The notes beneath the pieces were generated by a model. That model had not been told where the DNA came from. It did no database searches and saw only the letters and a list, made by a program, of their open reading frames with translations. A stretch of 64,000 nt of DNA from the IMG/VR virus record IMGVR_UViG_3300045988_183667; one strand, given 5' to 3'. The DNA comes from a virus. The translations under genes and the position numbers were made by a program. Shown piece after piece: positions 38,365-48,457 of the stretch (positions are counted from its first letter, which is position 1; every line of letters begins with the position of its first letter).

Positions 38365-38393
38365 TTGATAAATGAGCGTTTTTATGTTACGAT
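38365..38393 (+). promoter_or_regulatory. promoter TTGATAAATGAG-17-TGtTACGAT (family motif)
   Basis: -35 at 38365..38370; weaker -10 at 38388..38393. Confidence 0.5.
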
Positions 38394-38429
38394 TAACGTG
38401 TTGATAATAAATATGATTGGAGGCATATT

Positions 38430-40922
38430 ATGATAGGTATTTTAGCCGAAAAAACTTCAGCTGCCCAAAACATGGCGAAGGCTCTCGGCGGAATGTCCGG
38501 TACATATAACGGTGAACAGTATGTCATCGTTGCTGCAAGAGGACATCTGTATGAGCTGACGGACCCGGAGAAGCAGGTAGACGCATCTCTGATGGAAAAG
38601 TATCACAGCTGGAATGTAAGCAACCTCCCGTGGAATGAAAAAGATTTCAAGTGGAAGTACAGAAAGCAGAAAGACCTTCCGGATTCCAAACGTAAGGTCG
38701 CAGATATTTTAAATGACATTCAGACCACATTCGCAAGGTGCGACGAGATCTGTACTGCAACTGATGATGATCCTTCCGGCGAAGGAACCCTGCTTGCAGA
38801 TGAGATCCTGTTCGGACTTAATATTACCGGCAAGAGATGGTCACGTATGTTCTTCGCAGATGAGTCTGCGAAAGAGATCCAGAAAGCGTTTAAAAACCGT
38901 AAGTATTTTAACTCTCTTTTAGACGATCCGGATTACACAAAGGCATTTTACCGTTCCAGATGGGATTTTCTGTCCATGCAGTTTACGAGAATCGCAACGG
39001 CTTACGGTGACGGACATTCTGTGCTTCGTCAGGGACGTCTGAAATCTGCCATGATCAAGCTCATCGGTGATCAGATCAAGCTCTGTCAGGCTTACAAGAA
39101 GATTCCGTTTTACCAGAACCGTTTTAAGGATGAGAACGGCGTGGTTTACACAGATCCGAAGGAACCACAGTTCCCGAAGAAAGAAGATGTGGATACCAGT
39201 AAGTATCATACATCTGCGGTTGTCGTGGACGGCCGTGAGATGAAAAAGACAGCACCGCCTAAGCTGATTGATCTGGCAGGACTGGCTGCAAGGCTTGCCC
39301 CGATGGGTTACAAGGCAAAGCATGTACAGGCCGTTTATCAGAAGATGTATGAGGCACAGATTGTATCTTATCCGAGAACAGAAGATAAGACGATCACACC
39401 GGAGCAGTTTAACGAGCTGCTGCCACTGGTAAACCAGATTGCCGGTGTCGTAGGTGTTGATGTTGCATTACTCACACATGTACAGCCGAGATCCACACAT
39501 GTAAAGACCGGCGGCGCCCATGGTGCAAACAGACCGGGTACGAATGTACCGAGGGATTTGAATGCACTGGCTTCTTACGGTGACTGTGCGGCAGAGATTT
39601 ATACGATCCTTGCAAAGAACTATCTGGCAATGCTTGCAGAAGATTACGAGTACGAGTCACAGAAGGGTCACGTAAAGGACTTCCCGACGTTCAAAGGCAC
39701 AGCATCTGTTCCTAAGAAACCGGGCTGGAAGCTGATCTTCAGTGACGTAGATTTTGATGTAGTAGATGAGAATGCTGCCGGTCTTGGAACCATGGCTGAT
39801 CCGTTCATCCATGAAGGTTTCCCGACACCTCCTGTATGGCCTACCTTGAAGTGGCTGATGAGCCAGCTGGAGAAGCGTGATGTGGGAACCGGTGCAACTA
39901 GAACATCTACATACGCAGATGTGACATCCACATCTACGAGGTACCCGCTCCTTAAGGATACCAAGGGTAAGATCACAATGACAGAGTTCGGTGACATGAG
40001 CTATCTGTTGCTGCCGGGAACCAACATCGGATCCCTTGACATGACAGAGAAGCTGACCATCGAGATGCGTGAGATTGCAAATGGCAAGATGAATCCGGAA
40101 GACGGACTTGCAGCAATTCAGCAGATGGTTCTGGAAGATATTGAGACCATGAAAGCGAATAGCGTGAATATGCGTCAGACGCTTGGCATCCAGGTATCCG
40201 CAACGGCATCTGCTGACAAGTACACGGGAACGTGGAATGGCAGACAGGTATCGTTCAAGAAGATGTGGAGCGGACATGAGTTCTCTGACGATGAGTGTGC
40301 AAGGCTCTGCAACGGAGAAACGATCGAGTTCCAGGCGACGTCAGCGAAGACCGGAAAGGTATATACTGTAACCGGTGATCTGGCAGAGCAGGAATTTAAG
40401 AATGACAAGGGAAAAGCCATTAAGTATATTGGTTTCCATAAATTATCACAGGTAGGAGAGGACGGAAATATGGCAGATGCAGCAGAAAGATATTCCGGTA
40501 CATGGAATGGTGAGCAGGTTTCATTCAAGAGAAACTGGAGCGGACATTATTTCACAGATGATGAATGTGTAAGGCTCTGTAATGGCGAAGAGATCACGAT
40601 CGAAGCTGTTTCTACAAAGAACGGAAACAAGCCTTACAAGTGCAAAGGTATTCTTGCAAAGCAGGAGTTTCAGGGACATCCTTTCGTAGGATTCTCAAGA
40701 ACGGGCTTCGTGAATGATAATTCACAGTCAGGCGGCGGAAGCATCCCGGATGAGTGGTGTAAGCATAAGTTCACGCAGGACGAGCTGGCAATGCTTCAGG
40801 CGGGTATGTCTGTGTACGCAACGGACTGGGTATCCAAGAAGGGTTCCAAGTTTGCAGCGAAGTGCAGCTACGGTATGCAGGACAACGGCCGTATGGGCTT
40901 TAAGTTCGATTTTGACAAGTAA
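38430..40922 (+). CDS. topB: DNA topoisomerase III (type IA) with C-terminal tandem repeats
   Basis: TOPRIM MIGILAEKTSAAQNMAKAL, RGHLYEL, DDDPSGEG, and the active-site SYPRTE. The C-terminus has 2.5 copies of Y(S/T)GTWNG-QVSFK-WSGH-F-DDEC-RLCNGE. Confidence 0.9.
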   Translation: MIGILAEKTSAAQNMAKALGGMSGTYNGEQYVIVAARGHLYELTDPEKQVDASLMEKYHSWNVSNLPWNEKDFKWKYRKQKDLPDSKRKVADILNDIQTTFARCDEICTATDDDPSGEGTLLADEILFGLNITGKRWSRMFFADESAKEIQKAFKNRKYFNSLLDDPDYTKAFYRSRWDFLSMQFTRIATAYGDGHSVLRQGRLKSAMIKLIGDQIKLCQAYKKIPFYQNRFKDENGVVYTDPKEPQFPKKEDVDTSKYHTSAVVVDGREMKKTAPPKLIDLAGLAARLAPMGYKAKHVQAVYQKMYEAQIVSYPRTEDKTITPEQFNELLPLVNQIAGVVGVDVALLTHVQPRSTHVKTGGAHGANRPGTNVPRDLNALASYGDCAAEIYTILAKNYLAMLAEDYEYESQKGHVKDFPTFKGTASVPKKPGWKLIFSDVDFDVVDENAAGLGTMADPFIHEGFPTPPVWPTLKWLMSQLEKRDVGTGATRTSTYADVTSTSTRYPLLKDTKGKITMTEFGDMSYLLLPGTNIGSLDMTEKLTIEMREIANGKMNPEDGLAAIQQMVLEDIETMKANSVNMRQTLGIQVSATASADKYTGTWNGRQVSFKKMWSGHEFSDDECARLCNGETIEFQATSAKTGKVYTVTGDLAEQEFKNDKGKAIKYIGFHKLSQVGEDGNMADAAERYSGTWNGEQVSFKRNWSGHYFTDDECVRLCNGEEITIEAVSTKNGNKPYKCKGILAKQEFQGHPFVGFSRTGFVNDNSQSGGGSIPDEWCKHKFTQDELAMLQAGMSVYATDWVSKKGSKFAAKCSYGMQDNGRMGFKFDFDK

Positions 40923-40949
40923 ATTATCAGGTCTGGCATCACAAACATA

Positions 40950-40978
40950 TTGATTTATCAGTGATATACATATATAAT
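40950..40978 (+). promoter_or_regulatory. promoter TTGATT-17-TATAAT flanked by inverted repeat TCTGGCATCAC / GTGGTGCCAGA
   Basis: 40950..40955 and 40973..40978; inverted-repeat arms at 40932..40942 and 40984..40994. Confidence 0.5.
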
Positions 40979-41038
40979 ATAGAGTGGTGCCAGATTATGG
41001 CAGAATATCGAAAAGATTATATAAGGAGCACATGAATT

Positions 41039-41926
41039 ATGGCAAAGAAATCGTATAAGATTCCTGCTTCTTTGAGCGATAATTATCTGAACATGGAAAT
41101 CGCGCTCCAGACGAAAGACGGTGTAGGTTTAAAACCGTTGCCGGTAAGGGTTATCCTTGCATGGCTGTTTGGATTGCTCGCAGGATTTTACTGTGTTGTG
41201 AATTCCGGCAGTGTTATTGCTCAGGCAAGTATTTTTACAAGGGTGCTGTTCGCCGTTGTGTGGATTGCTTTCCTGTGGGTTATGACGAAAGTTGACCGTT
41301 CCCATAAGATGCAGCTGGAATTGATTCCTGCACTGTTAAGCTATCTGCAGAAGTCAAACAAGTATGTTATCACACGTAGGACAGCGAATGCCGGTCCGTT
41401 CTATTCCATTGTTGGTATCCGGTCAATTGATCCAAAGACAGGACTTGTGGAATACGTGGATGGAACCAGTGCATACTGGTACAGCGTGGTCGGAACGGCT
41501 TCCGTACTTCTGTTCCCGGAAGATCGGGATGCAATCCTTGACAGGGTAAAGGACTTTTATGACAAGATCGGTTCTGATTGTGAGATTATTTTCATGACCA
41601 CAAAGGAATCACAGAAAGTACAACAGCAGACGGCGCATTTGATGGCTCAATACAAAGCACTGACGCCGGAAGTAAGAGAGGACGAGGACGTGAAGGCTCT
41701 TGTCCGTGAACAGTATAAAATCATGACTGAGTTCGTGGGAAAGCGTTTTAAATCCCTGCATCAGTACATGATCATTAAGGGTGACAATGAAGAAGCCTTA
41801 TCAGCAATCAACAACATCGTTATGTCGGAAGTCCGCGGATCTTCTCTGATGCTCAAGCAGTGTACGGCATTATATGAAAAGGACATCGAGAATGTATTGA
41901 AGCTGATTTACGCATCAAATCATTAA
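41039..41926 (+). CDS. T4SS-associated membrane protein (2 TM near N-terminus)
   Basis: Hydrophobic helices RVILAWLFGLLAGFYCVV and VLFAVVWIAFLWVM; it sits between topB and the VirB4-like gene. Confidence 0.5.
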   Translation: MAKKSYKIPASLSDNYLNMEIALQTKDGVGLKPLPVRVILAWLFGLLAGFYCVVNSGSVIAQASIFTRVLFAVVWIAFLWVMTKVDRSHKMQLELIPALLSYLQKSNKYVITRRTANAGPFYSIVGIRSIDPKTGLVEYVDGTSAYWYSVVGTASVLLFPEDRDAILDRVKDFYDKIGSDCEIIFMTTKESQKVQQQTAHLMAQYKALTPEVREDEDVKALVREQYKIMTEFVGKRFKSLHQYMIIKGDNEEALSAINNIVMSEVRGSSLMLKQCTALYEKDIENVLKLIYASNH

Positions 41927-41952
41927 AAGAAATCACAGAAAGGAATGGACAT

Positions 41953-43845
41953 ATGATTCGTATGACAAAGGAAGAACGCGCTGCTGCAAAAGCAGAGAAA
42001 AACGCGTTAAGAGAATTCAGACAGTATCCATACCTTTTGGCAATGAAACCAAAGGAAAGGTACATCTTTCACAGTGATTACTTCGATGTCGATGGCCAGG
42101 TAGCAACTGTCCTTAGTTTCTTCCATGTGGACGGAGCGACGGATGGTTATCCGCCTTTTTGGGGTGTCGGACGTATTCCGCAGGGATTGGACAATGATAT
42201 TGTCACAATCTCATTTGAGCAGATTCGCCGCATGTCCAAGGGCTGGGTAGAAAGTCATGAGTCCACAGCAGAGTCCGTGGCTCAGATGAATTCTAACGAG
42301 CAGCAGAATGCCGGTACAAAGACAACGAAGCAGAAATCCAACAGGAAACAGCAGGATCTGGAAGAGATCGCAAGAGAGCTGGGCGATAACGCAGCATACT
42401 TGCAGGTACAGTTCAAGTTGATGGTCAAGGCGCCTACGCTTGAGAAACTGGACAAAGCACTGATCGCAATCGGACGTAGATACATTGATGTCTTCTCCAA
42501 TCTGGATGCAGCACCGCTTATGGGTCAGCAGCGTCAGGAATTGTCATCATTGTTCTTGACAAATGACAGAAAGCTGGGACATCCGTATTACTTCACATCT
42601 CCCGAATTTGCCGGTGATTATTGTCTGGTGACACATGGTATCGAGGACCCGACAGGAGAATATGTCGGCCGTATGTTTGGTGATGTAAACAACTCTGCAG
42701 TGTTGTTTTCTGTAGACGGTTACAAGCATCATGTCTGCATTGGAAATGAGTATTACAATGAGGCCCTCGGACGTATGCATGTATCTGATATGTGGGGTTC
42801 CAAGATCTCACAGAGCTGTCTGCTTCACAATGGACGTGTAGTACATATTGTGCTGGACGGATGTGATCTTGACAAGCTCGGTCCAAAGTTTGAAAATCTT
42901 ACATATAAGCTGGACATGAACTCCGGTGATGTAAACATGTTTGAAATGTTCGGCGAGTTTAAGAATGAGCTGTCGATCTTTGCAACACAGATGCAGAAGC
43001 TGATCCTCATGGCTGAACAGGCGTATGAGACAACAGAATCTGACAGATCCATTATCCGTGGATCACTGGAAGACATTGCGACGCAGTTCTATATTGACAA
43101 CAGAATGTGGTATGAGAACGCAAAGGAACATCAGGACAGGCTGCGTATCATCAATGTACCTCACGAAGAGGTTCCGAAGCTGGAGATGTTTGTATCTTAT
43201 CTGGATACGGCATATAAGAAGTCGATCAGTTCTGATACAAGAGATAATGAGAAGGTACATGCTCTTTCCGTACTGTCAGCAACATTCAAGAATCTGCTGT
43301 CAGCAAACGGTGATCTTTTTAACTGCACGACGAATAAGAATATCGACGGTACGATCAATGGCCGCCGGGTTGTGTATGATTTCTCACAGCTCCGTCGTCG
43401 TGGTGAAGGTGTAGCAATGGCACAGCTTGTTAATATTATTGGTTTTGCCTGTGGCAATCTTGGTAACGGGGATACAATTATCTTCCATGGTGCTGATCAG
43501 ATTGCAAACCGTGTAAAGCAGTATATCATGGATCAGCTGGATGCGTTGTATGCAAAGGGTGGAAGAGCAGTATTCCTTTACAACAACATCGACAAGATGT
43601 TCAATGACAAGGCATTCTCGCATTTTGACAAGGCAGATTATACTGTCCTTGGAACAATGACGAAGAATCAGGTCGTTGATTATCAGAAGGCACTTGGGCA
43701 GACGATTCCCGGTGACCTTGCCGGTCTGGTGACAATCAAGAATGAAGCATTGGCTTATCTGCGCAGGGAATACATGAACGTAGTCTTTGAACAGGATCTG
43801 GCACTTGGTATTAACGGAAACGAAGAGAAGGGAGTAAGAATGTGA
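41953..43845 (+). CDS. VirB4/TraE-like protein apparently lacking a canonical Walker A
   Basis: Its size, its position in the transfer cluster, and a DPTGEY motif (GIEDPTGEY) fit VirB4. I found no GxxGxGK[ST] anywhere in the 630 aa. Confidence 0.4.
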   Translation: MIRMTKEERAAAKAEKNALREFRQYPYLLAMKPKERYIFHSDYFDVDGQVATVLSFFHVDGATDGYPPFWGVGRIPQGLDNDIVTISFEQIRRMSKGWVESHESTAESVAQMNSNEQQNAGTKTTKQKSNRKQQDLEEIARELGDNAAYLQVQFKLMVKAPTLEKLDKALIAIGRRYIDVFSNLDAAPLMGQQRQELSSLFLTNDRKLGHPYYFTSPEFAGDYCLVTHGIEDPTGEYVGRMFGDVNNSAVLFSVDGYKHHVCIGNEYYNEALGRMHVSDMWGSKISQSCLLHNGRVVHIVLDGCDLDKLGPKFENLTYKLDMNSGDVNMFEMFGEFKNELSIFATQMQKLILMAEQAYETTESDRSIIRGSLEDIATQFYIDNRMWYENAKEHQDRLRIINVPHEEVPKLEMFVSYLDTAYKKSISSDTRDNEKVHALSVLSATFKNLLSANGDLFNCTTNKNIDGTINGRRVVYDFSQLRRRGEGVAMAQLVNIIGFACGNLGNGDTIIFHGADQIANRVKQYIMDQLDALYAKGGRAVFLYNNIDKMFNDKAFSHFDKADYTVLGTMTKNQVVDYQKALGQTIPGDLAGLVTIKNEALAYLRREYMNVVFEQDLALGINGNEEKGVRM

Positions 43846-46800
43846 TGAACAGATTTATTCAGAAGAACAAGTTTATACTGATTTTACTCACAATCGTTAT
43901 CTGCCTGTCATGCGCCTATGGTCTGACAGCGAAACTGGATCCAACAGTCAATGCTGCTAAGACAAAGACAAGTTCGACAGATTATTCATGGGCTACGGTA
44001 TCAATGGCCGCAGCACAATATCTTGGAAAGACAGCATCCCCAGATGGATATGGATATGGTGTAGCGGTTCCACCTAGTGGTGAAAATACTGGTTTTGCTG
44101 GTGCTTTTCTTGGATATATGACACCTGGAGAAAATGGTACAGAGTTTTCTGTTGGTGCTATTGAATCAAATACTGTTATATATTCTTATGCAGCTTTAGA
44201 TAATTTAAAGACAATGTTCAATGCTGATGGTAATGTTTGGAGTGATTCTGCAAAAACATATGCAGGTTTTGGGTATGCGTTAACAGCTGCAGGTGTTGAT
44301 GAACCTGTTATTATCGGGCAAACAGCAGATAGTAAACGAAATCTTATCGGTCCAGTCGTATTGATTGTTTTTTTGTTATGTATGGCATTGCCTAAGTTTT
44401 TTGAAATGGTTTTGACATTCTTATCTGTAGCAAATCCATTTAAACTATTTATTGGTCCAGGCAGTGTGTTGAGATCTATTGTTCCGACAATTGATGTAGG
44501 TCCTGGTTTTGATAATCAGAATACGGCTGTACAGGCTGCAATGAGTGGCGCATTGAATACATTGTCAGATGCAGTTACAGGATTATATAACGCATTGTAT
44601 TCTTTGTCATTTTTTGCAATTGTTCCAATTTTGATAGCATTGGCGTTGTTTTCATGGCTTGTACTTAGGAAGTCAGCAGGTTCTGTATTTAAGAATCTTG
44701 CAGTCAAAGTTGTGTTCATTGGTCTTGGTGTGCCTTTAATGCTTGCTTGCTATACAGCGGCTATTGATAGTGTTAAAGATTTTACCATTGGTACTGCATC
44801 GAGTACGCCTATATCTGTTATCACATCTACGTTTTGTGATTATGGTTCTTGGGTGCTTGGCCGAAGTACATATAATTATATGGCACTTCCATCTGATGCT
44901 AATCTGTATGTTGATACGAGTGGTGATACATATGTATATGAACCGTCATCAACCAGTGATAGAAGATTAGTACAGCTTTTGAACAAGAAAGCAAATCCAT
45001 TATTTACATCCGTGACACTAAGTAATGGCGGTACTAATGCAAACAATATAGCAAATGATGATATAACACTTGTTGGTTCTGTTCCAGGAGGTACTAGCTC
45101 CGCAAAAACATCTGCTGTTATCAATTTGTTACAAACATATACAAAAGGCGAATATATTACTGCTAGTAATTTCGCCACGAAACAGCAGGAAGTTTTAATG
45201 AACAAAATCAATAAAGAACACAGTATATCATTTTTCAATCAGAGTTCTAAGTGGGAAAATTTTGAGCCAACACTGGCAGCTGCATTTAACCATGAAATGG
45301 AAGATGGATCATGGGGTGTTGACGTTTCAGAATCTGATGCAAAGACTTTTGCTGAACAACGATTGACAGATAGTGCATCATTAGCCAGAAGAAATATCAG
45401 TAAAGCGGGTCTTAATTTGTTTTATAATTCAGAGACATCACATTTTTCACCTGGTTCATATGAAGGAGAAAACAGGAAGCCTTTCTGTAAGATGGCTACA
45501 TATAATTTGTTATCTTCGACATTTTCAGATACAGCTATTGCTGTTTACAGTACCACAGAATCATCCACAAACCAGGTTCAGTTAGCACACTATTCTGTGT
45601 CTATTGCTGGTCAGGGTTATATGGAATTAGCTTATGTATTTGATGCTGTTGCGATTATGTGTTGTTTAATGGTTCTTGGCTATGGATATGGATTTGCTCT
45701 TCTGTTTGCATGTTTTAAGGGACTGATTCAAATTTTTCCTAAAGTTCTTACAGGTATGATCGGTTCCATGAGAGGTATTGCCGGTTCTGTTGCATTAGTG
45801 GCAGCTTTGATTATTGAAATCATAGGAACATGTATTATGTATTCTCTTGGTACAATGTTCGTTGGCGGTATTTATGAATTGATTGAAAAACCATTAGCAA
45901 CTATTTTGACATCAGTTGCTGATTTGCCACCGCAGGCGGCAGCACTTGTCACAATTGTTGCTTCAGCAATCATAATTATTAAGCTGACTATGACATTGTT
46001 AAAATATCGTACAGCTGTTGTAAAATCTGTTAGTGAAACCGCAACTGGTTTTATCAATAAGTTTATGGAAACAAATGTGGTTGCTCCTAATCTGGAGAGT
46101 AACATGTCTGCCGGCAGTCTTGCATCTATTGGACTTGGTATGGCTATGGTTGGTGCATCTACACCTGCGGGCAGTAAACTGGCAGATAGGGCAAGTGATC
46201 TTACGGATAAAGTAGCAAATGCAGATGCCGATAAGGTTGCTTCAGCAGCTATGAACGGTACAAGTCTTACCGGAGCACATGGTGAAAAATATGCAAGCGC
46301 TGCTGATGCCGAAAAGGCAAAGAATGAAGCTGATATGCACGAAGCTTCATCATCTCTTAGTGCATCTGATACGGGTGGTCATTATAGTAATGGTAATCCA
46401 AGCGGAGCACTTGCCGATGACAGCGAATCTGCTGTGAAGACAACAGATGATGTTGCTGCTGATTATGTAAATGACAACGGGGCTGATTTTGAGAAAGAAA
46501 TTGGTTACTCGTCAGATGATACTGACAATAGTAAGCTGGCTGATAGTAAGAAAGCCGGAGATGATTCAGACATCGATCTTGCTGCTGAAAGAGAAAAGAA
46601 TAGAGAGCTATATGCTGATCGTCATGGTTATACAGGAAAGGTGGAGAATCCTGACGGATCTGTAGATGAGTATGATGATGGGCGTATCGTTGGCCAGTGG
46701 GATAATAACGGTAACAAACTTGTCAATAATAGTACGCAGGAGATTACAGGAACGCAGACTACTGATATTACCAGTGAGAAACAGGGCGAAGCCAATAGTG

Positions 46801-47735
46801 TGTCTTCAAAGAATATAGCTGATAATTCCAATGAAAGTCAGATTGGCAGTAAATTTGTAATAACTGACTCTGATGGTCGTCAGCAGGAAGTATCTATCGT
46901 TAATGCAAAAACCGGAGCAGCTTATACACAGGCTGATAAGGATGCCGGTGCAAACTATGATGTTGTGGATTCCAGCGGTAAATCTATCTATGGAAATCTG
47001 GAAGGCGGTATGAGTGCTAATACGATCGGTATGAATAATGGACAGCCTACTGTCATGGTAGCGCCTGGATCTGGCGGAACGAACGCTTATGGCGGTGGTG
47101 GCATGTACACTGTATCACAGGCTCCTGTTCCTACAGTGGAAGCTCCTGCAGCATCCGGCTCTGCTGGCTCACAGAATGTGACACAGAATGTCAACCAGAC
47201 GAATGTGACAAACACGACGGCAAATACGTCTAACATGACAACGGAAAATACCACACAGAATATGAACACACAGCAGTTTGCAAATGTTTCCGGTGGTAAT
47301 GCAGGTTCTTCACAGGGTCAGACAACGATTGTTCATGACAATGCCGGAAGTTCTCCTGTAAATGTAAACGTAGCCGGTGCTGGAGCAAGTGGTCCTGCGC
47401 AGGTACATGTGGATTTCCCGGGATCAGGCGGCGGTAGTACCGGTGGATCAGCTCCTGTTTCGTCAACAGTGACTAATCAGACGACGGAATCTGTTATTTA
47501 CAGCCAGGGTGGTCAGACAGGTGGTTTTCAGGGTTTCTCTTCTGGAAATCAGCAGAATAATACTTATGCGACAAGCAACACCACGGTAAATCAAGACGTT
47601 TCCAATAATGTCCAGAATAATGTGAATAACCAGTCCAATACTACAGTAAACTCGTCAGATAACTCTTCTGGAGTTTCACTGGGATCCGGTTCTATTAGAT
47701 CAGGTTCACATAGTGGCGCTGGTCATAGAAAATAA
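43842..47735 (+). CDS. VirB6-like polytopic membrane protein with long Ser/Thr/Asn/Gln-rich C-terminal tail
   Basis: Signal/TM at the N-terminus, ≥8 central TM helices, and a low-complexity tail. The GTG/ATG start overlaps the upstream stop (ATGTGATGA). Confidence 0.6.
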   Translation: MMNRFIQKNKFILILLTIVICLSCAYGLTAKLDPTVNAAKTKTSSTDYSWATVSMAAAQYLGKTASPDGYGYGVAVPPSGENTGFAGAFLGYMTPGENGTEFSVGAIESNTVIYSYAALDNLKTMFNADGNVWSDSAKTYAGFGYALTAAGVDEPVIIGQTADSKRNLIGPVVLIVFLLCMALPKFFEMVLTFLSVANPFKLFIGPGSVLRSIVPTIDVGPGFDNQNTAVQAAMSGALNTLSDAVTGLYNALYSLSFFAIVPILIALALFSWLVLRKSAGSVFKNLAVKVVFIGLGVPLMLACYTAAIDSVKDFTIGTASSTPISVITSTFCDYGSWVLGRSTYNYMALPSDANLYVDTSGDTYVYEPSSTSDRRLVQLLNKKANPLFTSVTLSNGGTNANNIANDDITLVGSVPGGTSSAKTSAVINLLQTYTKGEYITASNFATKQQEVLMNKINKEHSISFFNQSSKWENFEPTLAAAFNHEMEDGSWGVDVSESDAKTFAEQRLTDSASLARRNISKAGLNLFYNSETSHFSPGSYEGENRKPFCKMATYNLLSSTFSDTAIAVYSTTESSTNQVQLAHYSVSIAGQGYMELAYVFDAVAIMCCLMVLGYGYGFALLFACFKGLIQIFPKVLTGMIGSMRGIAGSVALVAALIIEIIGTCIMYSLGTMFVGGIYELIEKPLATILTSVADLPPQAAALVTIVASAIIIIKLTMTLLKYRTAVVKSVSETATGFINKFMETNVVAPNLESNMSAGSLASIGLGMAMVGASTPAGSKLADRASDLTDKVANADADKVASAAMNGTSLTGAHGEKYASAADAEKAKNEADMHEASSSLSASDTGGHYSNGNPSGALADDSESAVKTTDDVAADYVNDNGADFEKEIGYSSDDTDNSKLADSKKAGDDSDIDLAAEREKNRELYADRHGYTGKVENPDGSVDEYDDGRIVGQWDNNGNKLVNNSTQEITGTQTTDITSEKQGEANSVSSKNIADNSNESQIGSKFVITDSDGRQQEVSIVNAKTGAAYTQADKDAGANYDVVDSSGKSIYGNLEGGMSANTIGMNNGQPTVMVAPGSGGTNAYGGGGMYTVSQAPVPTVEAPAASGSAGSQNVTQNVNQTNVTNTTANTSNMTTENTTQNMNTQQFANVSGGNAGSSQGQTTIVHDNAGSSPVNVNVAGAGASGPAQVHVDFPGSGGGSTGGSAPVSSTVTNQTTESVIYSQGGQTGGFQGFSSGNQQNNTYATSNTTVNQDVSNNVQNNVNNQSNTTVNSSDNSSGVSLGSGSIRSGSHSGAGHRK

Positions 47736-47907
47736 GATAATTCCGGCGGGAGTAACATCCTGCCGGATGTCTTAAAAATAAAATCTGGAAAATTTTAGTT
47801 TGTCCTATTGACAATGGTTTTCGGATTTTATATAATATACGAAGGTAGGTTGGCAAGTACATATTTATGTAGTAAAAATCTTTTTATCACAGAAAGGAGA
47901 AACAATT

Positions 47908-48246
47908 ATGTTTTCACTTCAGAATTTTGCGAACACCATGTCAGGTTGGTCTATCAATAACTTCCTGACAAACCTGAATAAGAACCTGAACCTGTGGGGT
48001 GGTCTTTTGATCGTAGTCGTTGGTCTGATAATGGTAATCGTTGCCGTTGTTAAGATCGCTAAGGGATTGATGAGTTCCGGACGTGGACAGACTAACTGGG
48101 TACTGAACATTGTACTGTTCTTCATCGGCGGTGCGCTGGCTTTCGGCGGTGGCTGGGGTCTTGTACAGGGTATTTCCCAGGGTGGTTCAGATACGCTGAA
48201 CGACTTAGGTAAGATCGCAATTCCTTTTATTGCACAGCTTTTCTAA
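47908..48246 (+). CDS. small 2-3 TM protein (pilin/VirB2-like or TcpD/E-like)
   Basis: 112 aa with Gly-rich hydrophobic helices; immediately follows the VirB6-like gene. Confidence 0.5.
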   Translation: MFSLQNFANTMSGWSINNFLTNLNKNLNLWGGLLIVVVGLIMVIVAVVKIAKGLMSSGRGQTNWVLNIVLFFIGGALAFGGGWGLVQGISQGGSDTLNDLGKIAIPFIAQLF

Positions 48247-48281
48247 TCTAGGCATGAGTAGGAATTAAACATGATCAGAAT

Positions 48282-48330
48282 AGTCCTCTGTTCTCTGACA
48301 AATAGCAGAGAAACAGAGGACTTTTTATTT
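48282..48330 (+). terminator. rho-independent terminator
   Basis: 16/17-bp stem AGTCCTCTGTTCTCTG / CAGAGAAACAGAGGACT, then TTTTTATTT. Confidence 0.8.
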
Positions 48331-48348
48331 GCTTTAATGACAAATATA

Positions 48349-48377
48349 TTGATAAATGAGTTAATTTGTGTTAATAT
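48349..48377 (+). promoter_or_regulatory. promoter TTGATAAATGAG-17-TGtTAATAT (family motif; near-identical to the 28979 copy)
   Basis: -35 at 48349..48354, -10 at 48372..48377. Confidence 0.6.
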
Positions 48378-48457
48378 TTAATATGGCAGTTGGACATGGC
48401 ATGATTTGTGCTATAATATGCCTAACAGAATATTTAACACAGAAAGGAACGAAAATC

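Noticed and set aside
39657-40277. 206-aa minus-strand ORF
   Set aside because: It lies inside and antisense to the well-supported topoisomerase III gene.
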